Shown: positions 5,829 through 14,592 of the stretch, one piece after another
Position numbering within the stretch: position 1 is the first letter of the stretch
Layout: every line of letters starts with the position of its first letter
Notes under the pieces: generated by a model
Told to the model about the DNA's origin: nothing
Seen by the model: only the letters and a program-made list of their open reading frames with translations
The model's database searches: none
Assembly (NCBI GenBank): GCA_024407725.1
Contig: JAKSVZ010000011.1
Coordinates: 1 to 29,272 of the forward strand
Reading direction: 5' to 3'
Source of the DNA: Opitutales bacterium
GTDB taxonomy: Bacteria; Verrucomicrobiota; Verrucomicrobiia; Opitutales; UBA9783
Length of the DNA: 29,272 bases
Position numbers and translations under genes: made by a program

Positions 5829-7907
5829 ATGGCAATAGGTCCCATTCTACCGAATCAATTAGCGCAACCCTTACAGGCCAATCCGATTCATGTCCTACCA
5901 AATCGTGCTGTGCCTAATCCCGTCAATAGCCTAGAGGACATTAGGAAACTGTATACCCATTACGTAGAATTATTCGGGAACGTAACAACCAAAGGCTCTT
6001 ACGAAAAAATTAGGGACAATATCCTCAAGCAGTTCAACACAGTCATTCAACCCGTCAGTGGGCATACTTATGGTTTCCCCTTAAAGCTTCAAAACATTCT
6101 TGACGATAATCCCCTGCCCCTACCTGAAGAAACCTGTTTGTTAGGGAACAAAGCCTACAAAGATCACATACGGGACGCAGTCAATCAAGCAAACTCACTC
6201 TATACTCTCATCGACCAAGCAAAAGTAGAATTGGATGCCTTAAAGGGGTTAATTGATGCGGAGGCTACGGATCAAGAAGCCATCCCATGCCTAAACACAT
6301 TAAGCATTCTAGAATCGCAAGCAAAAGAATCAACCAAAGCCTTTTCGGAATATTATGTAGTTAACTCAGGCAATGTAAGAACCTTTGCTTATGAACTATG
6401 GTTTGGTGAAGAAAAACTTCCCTTATTATCCAATCGAGCATTTACACAATACAACACAAAGGAACTTGATCTAACCCAAGAATTTACCTCCAAAATCACA
6501 GCCGACGATGCCAAATCGCTAGCAACCTTACGCGCCATACAAACCCAAAAGTATTACTACCCTGATGTGGTAGTGATCGATACCTATTACGTTGAACGGA
6601 GAAATGAAGAGGGGGAAGTAGAAAAAATCTTAACTGACCGCTTTGATCCTGACGCTCAGGTGGAAATAAATGCATATTGGAATGAATTTCAGACCCAAAC
6701 CTCTCCCATCGCCCTTTTTAACGAACTTACCTTACTCGATAGGCTTAAATACATTATTTTGTATTACACCCTAAACGGTGAACGTTCTGTACTCCCCAAC
6801 AATCCCAAAACAGGAATTCCTTGCATTCCAACTCCCCTATCAACCGATTACGTAAAAGATACAGAGGAAATCGGCAATGTAGAATTGTTTTTTATCGGTT
6901 ATTTAGTCAAACACTACAACGCTCTTTACGCACTTGCTTTGTTTATGGAAACAAAAGTCAATGCGTTGCTTTCCGTAACTAAAATGGTACAACGGCGCAT
7001 TAAAGCATTAAACTTTTACCTCAACCTTGCTAATCGCGGTTTTCAGGCACTTAATCAAAGTCAGGCCAATGGTAACGCTAGTATCACCAATGATGCGTAT
7101 TGCGTGCTACGTTATCTGGGAGCCAACATTACCCGTACATCCATAGAGATGACCATCAATAACTCAACCGATACCTACATTGTATTACAAGGTGTCTGTA
7201 ATACCCCAACAGCCGACGACCATCATACTGCAACAAACAATTATCTATTGCTCAAGGCCGATAATGATACCATCCAAAAGTTTTTCCAGCACGTAACAGG
7301 AGCAGGAAACAATTACCCTTATTATTATGACCATTTGTTCGATTACTCAAAAGGGCAAGCATGTACTTTAGAGAAAGCACCTCAATGGGGATATATGACG
7401 CAAGACGAATATAATCGGTTGATACAACAAGGATACAAAAAAACCGATCCATGCACCGTTGGAATAGGTTGTGCCACACAAGCTGTTCTAGGATACCCAC
7501 ATGTTTATCCAGCGTGTTTCCATTGCCGCCACAATAATAAAGGAACCATATGGAACAAAGGAAACCTTGATTCGATCTATGTTTTGTACGAGCCTGAACA
7601 GAATAATTTGCCTAAAGAATTAGAAACCAATCGCTTAAATATTGCCGATATATTGGTTGAAAAATACGCAGGTTCTGAAAACACTTGGAACAACTATAAA
7701 AACGACAACCAAGGTAGCTGGACTGCTTTGGTAAAATGTTGGACCACCGACTACCAAACCACCATTGAAAACATCAATACAGAAGTAACCTCCACGCAAA
7801 AAACGGTTTCAAACTATCGTAATAAAATAAGCAATTTTGAATCAAATGCAGCTAATTGCATTAAAAAGCTTAATCTCATGTACAATCAGGTCGTTAATAA
7901 AATATAA
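5829..7907 (+). CDS. Hypothetical protein, first gene of the T3SS chaperone/translocator operon (possible secreted substrate)
   Basis: Long uninterrupted ORF that opens at 5727. ATG 5829 is preferred because 5727-5764 holds the divergent infC promoter. Pro/Asn-rich N-terminus, predicted helical/coiled segments, a Cys cluster C576-x5-C582-x14-C597-x2-C600 (ORF numbering) and a C-terminal coiled-coil-like tail. The stop lies 5 nt before the chaperone ATG. I recognise no family. Confidence 0.65.
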   Translation: MAIGPILPNQLAQPLQANPIHVLPNRAVPNPVNSLEDIRKLYTHYVELFGNVTTKGSYEKIRDNILKQFNTVIQPVSGHTYGFPLKLQNILDDNPLPLPEETCLLGNKAYKDHIRDAVNQANSLYTLIDQAKVELDALKGLIDAEATDQEAIPCLNTLSILESQAKESTKAFSEYYVVNSGNVRTFAYELWFGEEKLPLLSNRAFTQYNTKELDLTQEFTSKITADDAKSLATLRAIQTQKYYYPDVVVIDTYYVERRNEEGEVEKILTDRFDPDAQVEINAYWNEFQTQTSPIALFNELTLLDRLKYIILYYTLNGERSVLPNNPKTGIPCIPTPLSTDYVKDTEEIGNVELFFIGYLVKHYNALYALALFMETKVNALLSVTKMVQRRIKALNFYLNLANRGFQALNQSQANGNASITNDAYCVLRYLGANITRTSIEMTINNSTDTYIVLQGVCNTPTADDHHTATNNYLLLKADNDTIQKFFQHVTGAGNNYPYYYDHLFDYSKGQACTLEKAPQWGYMTQDEYNRLIQQGYKKTDPCTVGIGCATQAVLGYPHVYPACFHCRHNNKGTIWNKGNLDSIYVLYEPEQNNLPKELETNRLNIADILVEKYAGSENTWNNYKNDNQGSWTALVKCWTTDYQTTIENINTEVTSTQKTVSNYRNKISNFESNAANCIKKLNLMYNQVVNKI

Positions 7908-7912
7908 ATCTT

Positions 7913-8464
7913 ATGTCTATCTCACTTACCCAATGTATCCGCAACGAAATTAAGGCGGTGTTAGGTCCAAAGGTTAATCTTAGCGATGAAGCAATCACCC
8001 GCAGCTTAATCACAGGGCACCTCCTATCCACAGGCAAATTGCAAGTAAAAGATATCATTCCCGTTCCACAGCAGCATCAAGATATGCTGTATGCTACCGC
8101 CTATGATTTTTTTCAAAAACAACAATATCAGGACGCTTGTCGTATCTTTAGCATCTTAAGTGTGTACGATCCACAACAAACAAAGTATTTAGAAGGTCTT
8201 GCAGCCACTTATCATCACTTAAAGCAACATAGAGACGCGCTGCTCATTTATTGTGCCTTAACCTTTATTGCCCCTGAAAATCTTGCTTACTTTTTACATT
8301 TAGCTGAAGAATTTTGCAAACTAGGGCAATTCCAACCCGCTATTAAATGTTGTGAAGCAATCGAGTGCCTTGCGAAAGAGGAACCCGTTAAATCCCATCC
8401 GGATACCGCTTCTTTCTTAAAACGTGCTAACAACCTTCGTACCATCCTAAACAAAAAAGCCTAA
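7913..8464 (+). CDS. Type III secretion class II (translocator) chaperone, TPR, LcrH/SycD/PcrH/IpgC family
   Basis: 183 aa. The core LYATAYDFFQKQQYQDACRIFSILSVYDPQQTKYLEGLAATYHHLKQHRDALLIYCALTFIAPENLAYFLHLAEEFCKLGQFQPA follows the SycD/LcrH TPR pattern by eye. It sits immediately upstream of a hydrophobic translocator-like gene. Confidence 0.8.
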   Translation: MSISLTQCIRNEIKAVLGPKVNLSDEAITRSLITGHLLSTGKLQVKDIIPVPQQHQDMLYATAYDFFQKQQYQDACRIFSILSVYDPQQTKYLEGLAATYHHLKQHRDALLIYCALTFIAPENLAYFLHLAEEFCKLGQFQPAIKCCEAIECLAKEEPVKSHPDTASFLKRANNLRTILNKKA

Positions 8465-8468
8465 TTTT

Positions 8469-9650
8469 ATGCCTCTTGACCTAGATCCATCTATTACTGC
8501 AAACCCCATGCAAGCGAATGAGTTGCCAACGGATGACGTATCCACGGAATCAACTCAAAACGTTGCTAAAACTCACCACCTAACAAAAACTGGAATATCG
8601 TTTATATCGGTAATTGAAGACCAAAGCTACGCTCAGGGAATATTCGAAAACCCTACGTTGAAAGCCCCAACCACTTCTTTAGCAGATGTAATGGCTACCC
8701 CAATAACAGTGTCTGCGGAAGTTGCCCAACAAATCGGGGTATCGTCCAACACAACTTTTTATGAATTTACTAAAGCTTGCCTCAGTAAAATTCAGGCACT
8801 CAACAATAATTCATCAACTCCAAGTACCAATCTCCTTGAAGGCGAAGATTTAGATTACCTCTGTACTTTATTAACCCTACAAGCTAAATCAAAACTGATC
8901 GCTGTTTTAAAGGAGACGCTTAGAGAGAAAATTAATTCCCGCAATGAGCTACAACAGAAATTTATTAAAGATCAGACTAAGTCAACTACTGATCAAGTAG
9001 AAGCAGAAAGAAAACGTGCAGAAGCAGCGCGTAAGGCAAAAAGACGCGGTATATTTGGCGCTATATTCGGAGCTATTGCTGCTATCGCTGCAGCGGTAGT
9101 AACGGTCGTTACCTTTGGAGCCGCTACGCCCTTAGCTGTTGCCGTAACCACTATGGCGATTTCAAGTGCCGTCCTTTGTACAACCGCTTCCGCATTAACC
9201 ATCGCCTCTCTATGCACGAATAATAAGGAACTCGCAGCAAAACTATCCTTAGCGTCTACCATTATCGGATGCGTTGGTGCAGCAGTAGGACTTGTAAGTT
9301 CTATTTGTTCCTTTAAGCTAAGTCCTCAGGATCTGGAAAAATTCGGTACCCTTCTAAAGATGATTTCCACAGGACTTTCATGCACAAATTCAGTCGTTAA
9401 CGGAACTTTTAGCATCCTTCAAGGAGCCGATCAAATGGAGCTAGCTGAACTAGAAAAAAAGATCGCGGAATATCAAGTTAAGATGGTTACAATGGATAAA
9501 GAAATTCAAACTCTATCCAAGTTTATTGATATGATCGTAAAATCAGTGGAAGAATTCATTAAGGACATGTTGTTAATCGAAGAACAAGGCCAACAGGTCA
9601 TGGAAGGAGTCCAAGACACTGAAAATGCATTGGCCAACAATTGCGTATAA
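8469..9650 (+). CDS. T3SS hydrophobic translocator (YopB/IpaB/PopB/CopB-like architecture)
   Basis: 393 aa. The PTLKAP motif at residues 62-67 matches the class II chaperone-binding motif PxLxxP. A coiled-coil-like segment is followed by a 56-residue hydrophobic hairpin (res 194-249, nt 9048-9215), a third hydrophobic segment (res 259-282) and a C-terminal coiled-coil-like region. The ATG lies 4 nt after the chaperone stop. Confidence 0.7.
   Translation: MPLDLDPSITANPMQANELPTDDVSTESTQNVAKTHHLTKTGISFISVIEDQSYAQGIFENPTLKAPTTSLADVMATPITVSAEVAQQIGVSSNTTFYEFTKACLSKIQALNNNSSTPSTNLLEGEDLDYLCTLLTLQAKSKLIAVLKETLREKINSRNELQQKFIKDQTKSTTDQVEAERKRAEAARKAKRRGIFGAIFGAIAAIAAAVVTVVTFGAATPLAVAVTTMAISSAVLCTTASALTIASLCTNNKELAAKLSLASTIIGCVGAAVGLVSSICSFKLSPQDLEKFGTLLKMISTGLSCTNSVVNGTFSILQGADQMELAELEKKIAEYQVKMVTMDKEIQTLSKFIDMIVKSVEEFIKDMLLIEEQGQQVMEGVQDTENALANNCV
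8652..8669 (+). other. Putative chaperone-binding motif PTLKAP (PxLxxP) within the translocator
   Basis: Codons cct acg ttg aaa gcc cca in the translocator frame. This resembles the IpaB PELKAP motif at a similar distance from the N-terminus (recalled from memory). Confidence 0.5.
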
Positions 9651-9658
9651 CTAACCGC

Positions 9659-11632
9659 TTACGCCTGATGAGTGCTTAAATACTGCTGAATGGCTTGAGC
9701 GCATGCTTCTGGGGTTAATCCCAAATGCTGGCGCAGCGCGCCAGCTGGCGCGCTTTTGCCGAACTGGTCTACTCCAATAACCTTCCCCTTTAGCCCCACA
9801 AATCGATACCATGGCAAAGCAGAACCTGCTTCAATTGCTATCCTGCACGTACAATCGGATGGCAAAATACGCTCTTGATAAGCTTCAGGTTGCTGCAAAA
9901 ACACTTCGCAGCAAGGCATAGACACCACACGAACGCCTGTGCCTAATTGCTGAGCTGTTTTTAGCGCTAAATCAACCTCGCTTCCCGTTGCAATCAGGAT
10001 GCATCGTAAGGCGTCCGTTTCTTTTAAAATAATATATCCCCCTTTATAGGCACCCTCCAACTTATCCTGACTAGGCACGGTGGATAAATACGGCAGTTCT
10101 TGTTTAGCAGCCACCCACACGCTGGGTCCTTCCGGAACATCCAACGCTTGTTGTAAGCACGCAACGCATTCATCCACATCTGCCGGTCGAAACACACGTA
10201 CATTAGGCATCGAACGCATACCGCATACTTGTTCAATCGGCTGATGGGTTGGTCCATCCTCGCCAACCGAAACAGAATCGTGCGTAAACACATACCAAAC
10301 CGGCAAATGCGCCATAGCCGCTACCCGCAACGCCGGTTTTAAGTAATCCGAAAAAACCAAGAATGCCGAACCACATACGTTAAAAATTCCATCATAGGTA
10401 ATACCGTTCATGATGGCTCCCATCGCATGTTCGCGCACGCCAAAGAATAGATTGCTGCCTTTTAGATTATCAGGAGCAAAATCCCCGCCTTGCGTTAAAT
10501 AGGTTTTGGTAGAAGCAAACACATCCGCACTGCCTGATAAAAACAACGGTGCTTGTTGGGCATACTCATTCAATAAAGCACCCATGCAGGCTCGTATTTC
10601 AATCGAACGTCTAAGCGACGGGAGGATGGCAAAATCCTTTAGCTTCAAACTAGGTTTGCTGCCCAACAAACGGGCTTTGTCGGGTTCTGCCGCTGTCCAA
10701 GTTTCAAATAGCGACGCCCACTCATTGTACGCTTTCTGCAATTGCCCTTCGCGTTTTTCAAAAAAACGCCGCGTTTCTTCAGAAACAAAAAATGATTTTT
10801 CAGGATCCAATCCCCAGATAGCCTTGGCCTGAACTCCATCCTTAAGTCCTTCCGCTGCATGCGCTTTGGAGGTACCTGCCACTTTCAGGCCATAACCAAT
10901 TACGGTGTTTAAAATAATCAATTTAGGTTTACCGCGCAACGAACGACAATGGTTCAACTGTGCTTCAATAGCCGTACAATCATGGCCATCGACCTCAAAA
11001 ACATCCCAACCGATCGACTCAAACCGTTTACGGACATCATCATTTTGAGAACATGCGCTCGGCCGATCCAACGTCACTTTGTTGCAATCGTACAGTAAAA
11101 TCAAATTATCCAATTGCCATAAGCCCGCCAATGCAATGCTTTCCTGCCCCATTCCTTCTTGCAAGCAACCTTCACCGCACAAACATACCGTACAAGCATC
11201 AAAGATTGGGGCATCCGGCGTATTGAACCAAGCCGCACATTTTTTTTGCGATAACGCTATGCCTACTGCATTCCCAATGCCTTGTCCTAAAGGCCCTGTG
11301 GTGGTTTCAACCCCTGAGGTTACTCCAAATTCAGGGTGGCCGGTAGCCTTACTGCCCATTTGACGCAAGGTCTTCAAATCCTCTAAGGAAATATCGTAAC
11401 CGCTTAAGTACAAAGCAGCGTAAAGCAAAGGGCTGCCATGCCCTGCCGACAATACAAAACGATCGCGATTTAACCAACGCGGATTTTTAGGTAAATAGCG
11501 TAAAAATTTGCCAAACAAAACCGCAACGCACTCAGCGCATCCCAACGGAAGCCCCAGATGCCCCGAATTTGCTTGAGCAATCATGTCGAAACACAACCCA
11601 CGGTATTCGTTTGCAATCGTTTTTAACTCCAT
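9659..11632 (-). CDS. tkt: Transketolase
   Basis: 657 aa. N-terminal SGHLG/GHGS ThDP-binding region, GEGCLQEG, and THDSVSVGEDGPTHQPIE. Confidence 0.95.
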   Translation of the reverse strand: MELKTIANEYRGLCFDMIAQANSGHLGLPLGCAECVAVLFGKFLRYLPKNPRWLNRDRFVLSAGHGSPLLYAALYLSGYDISLEDLKTLRQMGSKATGHPEFGVTSGVETTTGPLGQGIGNAVGIALSQKKCAAWFNTPDAPIFDACTVCLCGEGCLQEGMGQESIALAGLWQLDNLILLYDCNKVTLDRPSACSQNDDVRKRFESIGWDVFEVDGHDCTAIEAQLNHCRSLRGKPKLIILNTVIGYGLKVAGTSKAHAAEGLKDGVQAKAIWGLDPEKSFFVSEETRRFFEKREGQLQKAYNEWASLFETWTAAEPDKARLLGSKPSLKLKDFAILPSLRRSIEIRACMGALLNEYAQQAPLFLSGSADVFASTKTYLTQGGDFAPDNLKGSNLFFGVREHAMGAIMNGITYDGIFNVCGSAFLVFSDYLKPALRVAAMAHLPVWYVFTHDSVSVGEDGPTHQPIEQVCGMRSMPNVRVFRPADVDECVACLQQALDVPEGPSVWVAAKQELPYLSTVPSQDKLEGAYKGGYIILKETDALRCILIATGSEVDLALKTAQQLGTGVRVVSMPCCEVFLQQPEAYQERILPSDCTCRIAIEAGSALPWYRFVGLKGKVIGVDQFGKSAPAGALRQHLGLTPEACAQAIQQYLSTHQA

Positions 11633-11641
11633 AATGTTCCT

Positions 11642-13096
11642 TTAATGTTTAGCGTTTTTAGGGTCTGTAGGCTCCTGCTTAATGGCTTTATAATTTTTTT
11701 GGATCAAGCCAGACAATGTTTTTTGCGGATTTAAAACCAGCGATGCATCAATGACAAACGGCTCGCTGGTACCATTAGGAAACATCAATTTCAGTCCATA
11801 ACCCAAATCCTGAAACAGGTTATGGCATAAATCCGCTATAGACCTATCCTGAGCAATACTCTGCTTAATCAGTTCCTGAATCCCATCGTTCGAAAATTGA
11901 ATTTTTAACCCATGCTTTTCAACAAACTCTCGTTCATAAGCATGAATGGCTGCCAAGCGCTCCTCTTGCCCTTGAGACAAATGGGTTAATAACAGATCTT
12001 TTAAGGCCTTATCAGGATCGGCTACAGTATCCGTATTAACCTCAAAAAAATGAATACCCGACGAGGGAAGTTCGAACTTAAAATGGCGCAAAATCCGTTC
12101 AAAAATCGTCATTAAGCCGCGCGCCCCTGTTTTTTCTGCCTCTGCACGCGCTGCAATCTCATAAATGGCTTCGCGGGTAATCTCCATATTGATGTTATAC
12201 CCCTCGAACGCTTCCTGTGCTTGTTTCAAAATGGAACATTCGGTATCGGTCAGGATGCGCGCTAAATCCTCCTTGTTCAACGGCTCACACGTCACACGCG
12301 TGGGAATACGACCGATAAATTCTGGCTCAAAGCCGTATTTGATAAAATCCTGAGTGACCGCCTGATGTAAGATGTTGGTTTCATGAGTAGCATCTTGCGA
12401 TACACCAAAGCCAATGGTTCCTTTATTTAAACGGCGCTCAATGATTTCAGACAATTTATCGAACGCTCCACTAAAAATGAACAAGATATGGCGGGTATTG
12501 ATCACGGTTTTGCGGGGTGTATCGCCACGTTGCATAGCCATCATCGCTTGCATCTGACCCAGCATATCGGTCGGAGTCACCAAATTGACATCGGTATCCT
12601 CCATCAACTTCAACAAATTGACCTGAACGCCACGCCCAGAAACATCCTTACCTTGCGTAGGGGTTGAGGCAATCTTATCAACCTCATCAACGTAAATAAT
12701 ACCATACTGCGCCCAATCCACATCTCCATTAGCGCTTTTCACTAAATCCCGCACCAAATCTTCAACATCACCGCCCATATAGCCGGTTTCTGAAAACTTC
12801 GTGGCATCTGCTTTTAAAAACGGAACACCTATGCGCTTAGCAATGTTACGGATCAAATACGTTTTTCCAACCCCTGTTGGGCCTAAAACCAAGATGTTTT
12901 GTTTATAGTACAGTTGATCCTGTTTATCCGGTGACTGTAAGCATTGACGCACATGGTTGTAGTGGTCGCAAATCGCTACGGACAGCACTTTTTTAGCCTC
13001 TGTTTGCTTTACAACATAGCGATCCAAATACGCACATAAGTCTTTCGGTTTTAAATCAAAATCTTTAACTGATTGGGTAGCTGTTAGAGGGTCCAT
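11642..13096 (-). CDS. ClpX-like AAA+ ATPase lacking the N-terminal zinc-binding domain, with a C-terminal extension
   Basis: YLDRYVVKQTEAKKVLSVAICDHY, Walker A GPTGVGKT, pore loop GYMG, Walker B IIYVDEVDK, SGRGVQ, IGF-type loop TIGFGV, sensor-2 TGARGL. There are no CxxC pairs in the first 45 aa. About 165 aa follow TGARGL. Confidence 0.85.
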   Translation of the reverse strand: MDPLTATQSVKDFDLKPKDLCAYLDRYVVKQTEAKKVLSVAICDHYNHVRQCLQSPDKQDQLYYKQNILVLGPTGVGKTYLIRNIAKRIGVPFLKADATKFSETGYMGGDVEDLVRDLVKSANGDVDWAQYGIIYVDEVDKIASTPTQGKDVSGRGVQVNLLKLMEDTDVNLVTPTDMLGQMQAMMAMQRGDTPRKTVINTRHILFIFSGAFDKLSEIIERRLNKGTIGFGVSQDATHETNILHQAVTQDFIKYGFEPEFIGRIPTRVTCEPLNKEDLARILTDTECSILKQAQEAFEGYNINMEITREAIYEIAARAEAEKTGARGLMTIFERILRHFKFELPSSGIHFFEVNTDTVADPDKALKDLLLTHLSQGQEERLAAIHAYEREFVEKHGLKIQFSNDGIQELIKQSIAQDRSIADLCHNLFQDLGYGLKLMFPNGTSEPFVIDASLVLNPQKTLSGLIQKNYKAIKQEPTDPKNAKH

Positions 13097-13251
13097 AGAC
13101 GCATGAAATCACTCAATAAATAAGGATAGTCTCTTATGGCTAAGGTTCTAAACCATCCGATAAGCATAGGCAACCTTATAAACTTTAAGATTTGCCCCTT
13201 CCAACAATAAGTCATTTACTTTATTAAGAAATAATTTTCAGTAAAGATAGA

Positions 13252-14592
13252 GTGTCCGGTAAATTATTAATTATTGATAGCCACCGCACGCAGTTACAGG
13301 CTGTATTACTTACTCTTAATGCATTTAATCAACAAACGTTAACCGTCCATACTTATACGGAACCCTTGCCTCTTAAAGCGTGGAAGCAGCAAGTTCCGGC
13401 GGTCGCGCAGGCCTTAAATACCCATTTCCCTTCCATCCCTAGGGTATTGATTATTCCAGACGAAATGGGACTGTGCTTCTTCTTAGAGCTTCCATCCGAT
13501 GGACGTTTTTCGTTGATTCAACAACTGCATCGCTACCTCTTGAAGCACTTTAGGCTCAACCTACGTTCCTATTGTTACACCTATACGCAATTGAATGAGC
13601 GACAATACTGTGTGCAACTCATTCGAAAGCATGATTTACGTTACCTCTATAAAGCCTTTCATCCCACTTACTGCCTAACCTCGTTAACGGGGCACTTAAA
13701 TTACTTTAATACGTTGGATACGTATGAATCGGCTTCCATCACCCTATTCATGGAACCCCACCGCTACCGTTTGTTGTACAAAGCACCACAATCCATCGAC
13801 CTAGTTGAATTTTATACAACGCAACCCCATGCGCATCGATTAATTCCCCAACTCATCTCATCCTATCCCCAAAATGCCCATTCTCGACGCATTACCATCG
13901 TCGGTACTTTGCATCCCGAACTACGACAATTATGCCAAAACGATGAACGGTATCGCCTGATCGATGCAGTTCCTGAATTCTCAGGCGATCAACTCCCCAT
14001 CGACAACCAAGTAATTTACAGCGGAATTTTGCGCTACCTATCATCCGCAGCAAACGCGGAACTTTTACCGTTGAACTTTACCGATCCAGCGCTCAAAAAC
14101 CCGTTACAAAACCTAAAACTTCCGCCTTTGGTAGAGTCCATCCTAAGCAAATTTGGACGTAAGCTGTTAATCGCCAACCTAGCGCTGTTCTTTCTGTTGC
14201 TGCTCCTGCATAGCCTATTGAACCACAAACTGAATCATCAAGGGCAACAGGTTGCGCTGCTGAATCAATATCAACAGCAAACGCAAGACCTAAAGGCTCA
14301 CATGAAGCAAATAGAGGCTGACAATAAATCCCGTACGGCCTTACCCAAAACCTACCTTCATTATCTCCAGCGTTTACAACCCCTATCCTCGAACACGCGC
14401 ATCGACTATCTCTCTTGGAATGCAAAAACATCCCAAATTACCGTTAAGGGGCGAACCTTAATGGATAAGCAAAATTTCAAAAAAATCTTAAAGCCAAGCA
14501 GCGGCGCTCATGCACCACCATTATTGATTCTCAAGCCCTTGCATCCCATCGGCCATGAATTTACTTGGAAAATTTCAGTCGAAAACAAATGA
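13252..14592 (+). CDS. Hypothetical bitopic membrane protein with GspL / PilM-PilN-like architecture
   Basis: GTG start. A cytoplasmic region of about 300 aa, a single TM segment (LLIANLALFFLLLLLHSLL), a Gln-rich coiled segment and a C-terminal domain of about 90 aa. The call rests on architecture only; no motif-level match was recognised. Confidence 0.55.
   Translation: MSGKLLIIDSHRTQLQAVLLTLNAFNQQTLTVHTYTEPLPLKAWKQQVPAVAQALNTHFPSIPRVLIIPDEMGLCFFLELPSDGRFSLIQQLHRYLLKHFRLNLRSYCYTYTQLNERQYCVQLIRKHDLRYLYKAFHPTYCLTSLTGHLNYFNTLDTYESASITLFMEPHRYRLLYKAPQSIDLVEFYTTQPHAHRLIPQLISSYPQNAHSRRITIVGTLHPELRQLCQNDERYRLIDAVPEFSGDQLPIDNQVIYSGILRYLSSAANAELLPLNFTDPALKNPLQNLKLPPLVESILSKFGRKLLIANLALFFLLLLLHSLLNHKLNHQGQQVALLNQYQQQTQDLKAHMKQIEADNKSRTALPKTYLHYLQRLQPLSSNTRIDYLSWNAKTSQITVKGRTLMDKQNFKKILKPSSGAHAPPLLILKPLHPIGHEFTWKISVENK

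Noticed and set aside
7252-9262. Antisense ORFs 7252..7500 and 8993..9262 in the T3SS operon
   Set aside because: The second is simply the mirror of the Ala/Val/Thr-rich hydrophobic hairpin coding region. Neither has independent support.
9643-9664. GCGTA ... TACGC inverted repeat spanning the translocator/tkt stops, as a bidirectional terminator
   Set aside because: The stem is only 5 bp, the loop is 12 nt, and there are no flanking U-tracts.
10024-12353. Several 60-110-aa ORFs on either strand within tkt and the ClpX-like gene
   Set aside because: All are nested in or opposite strongly supported genes, so they are shadow ORFs.
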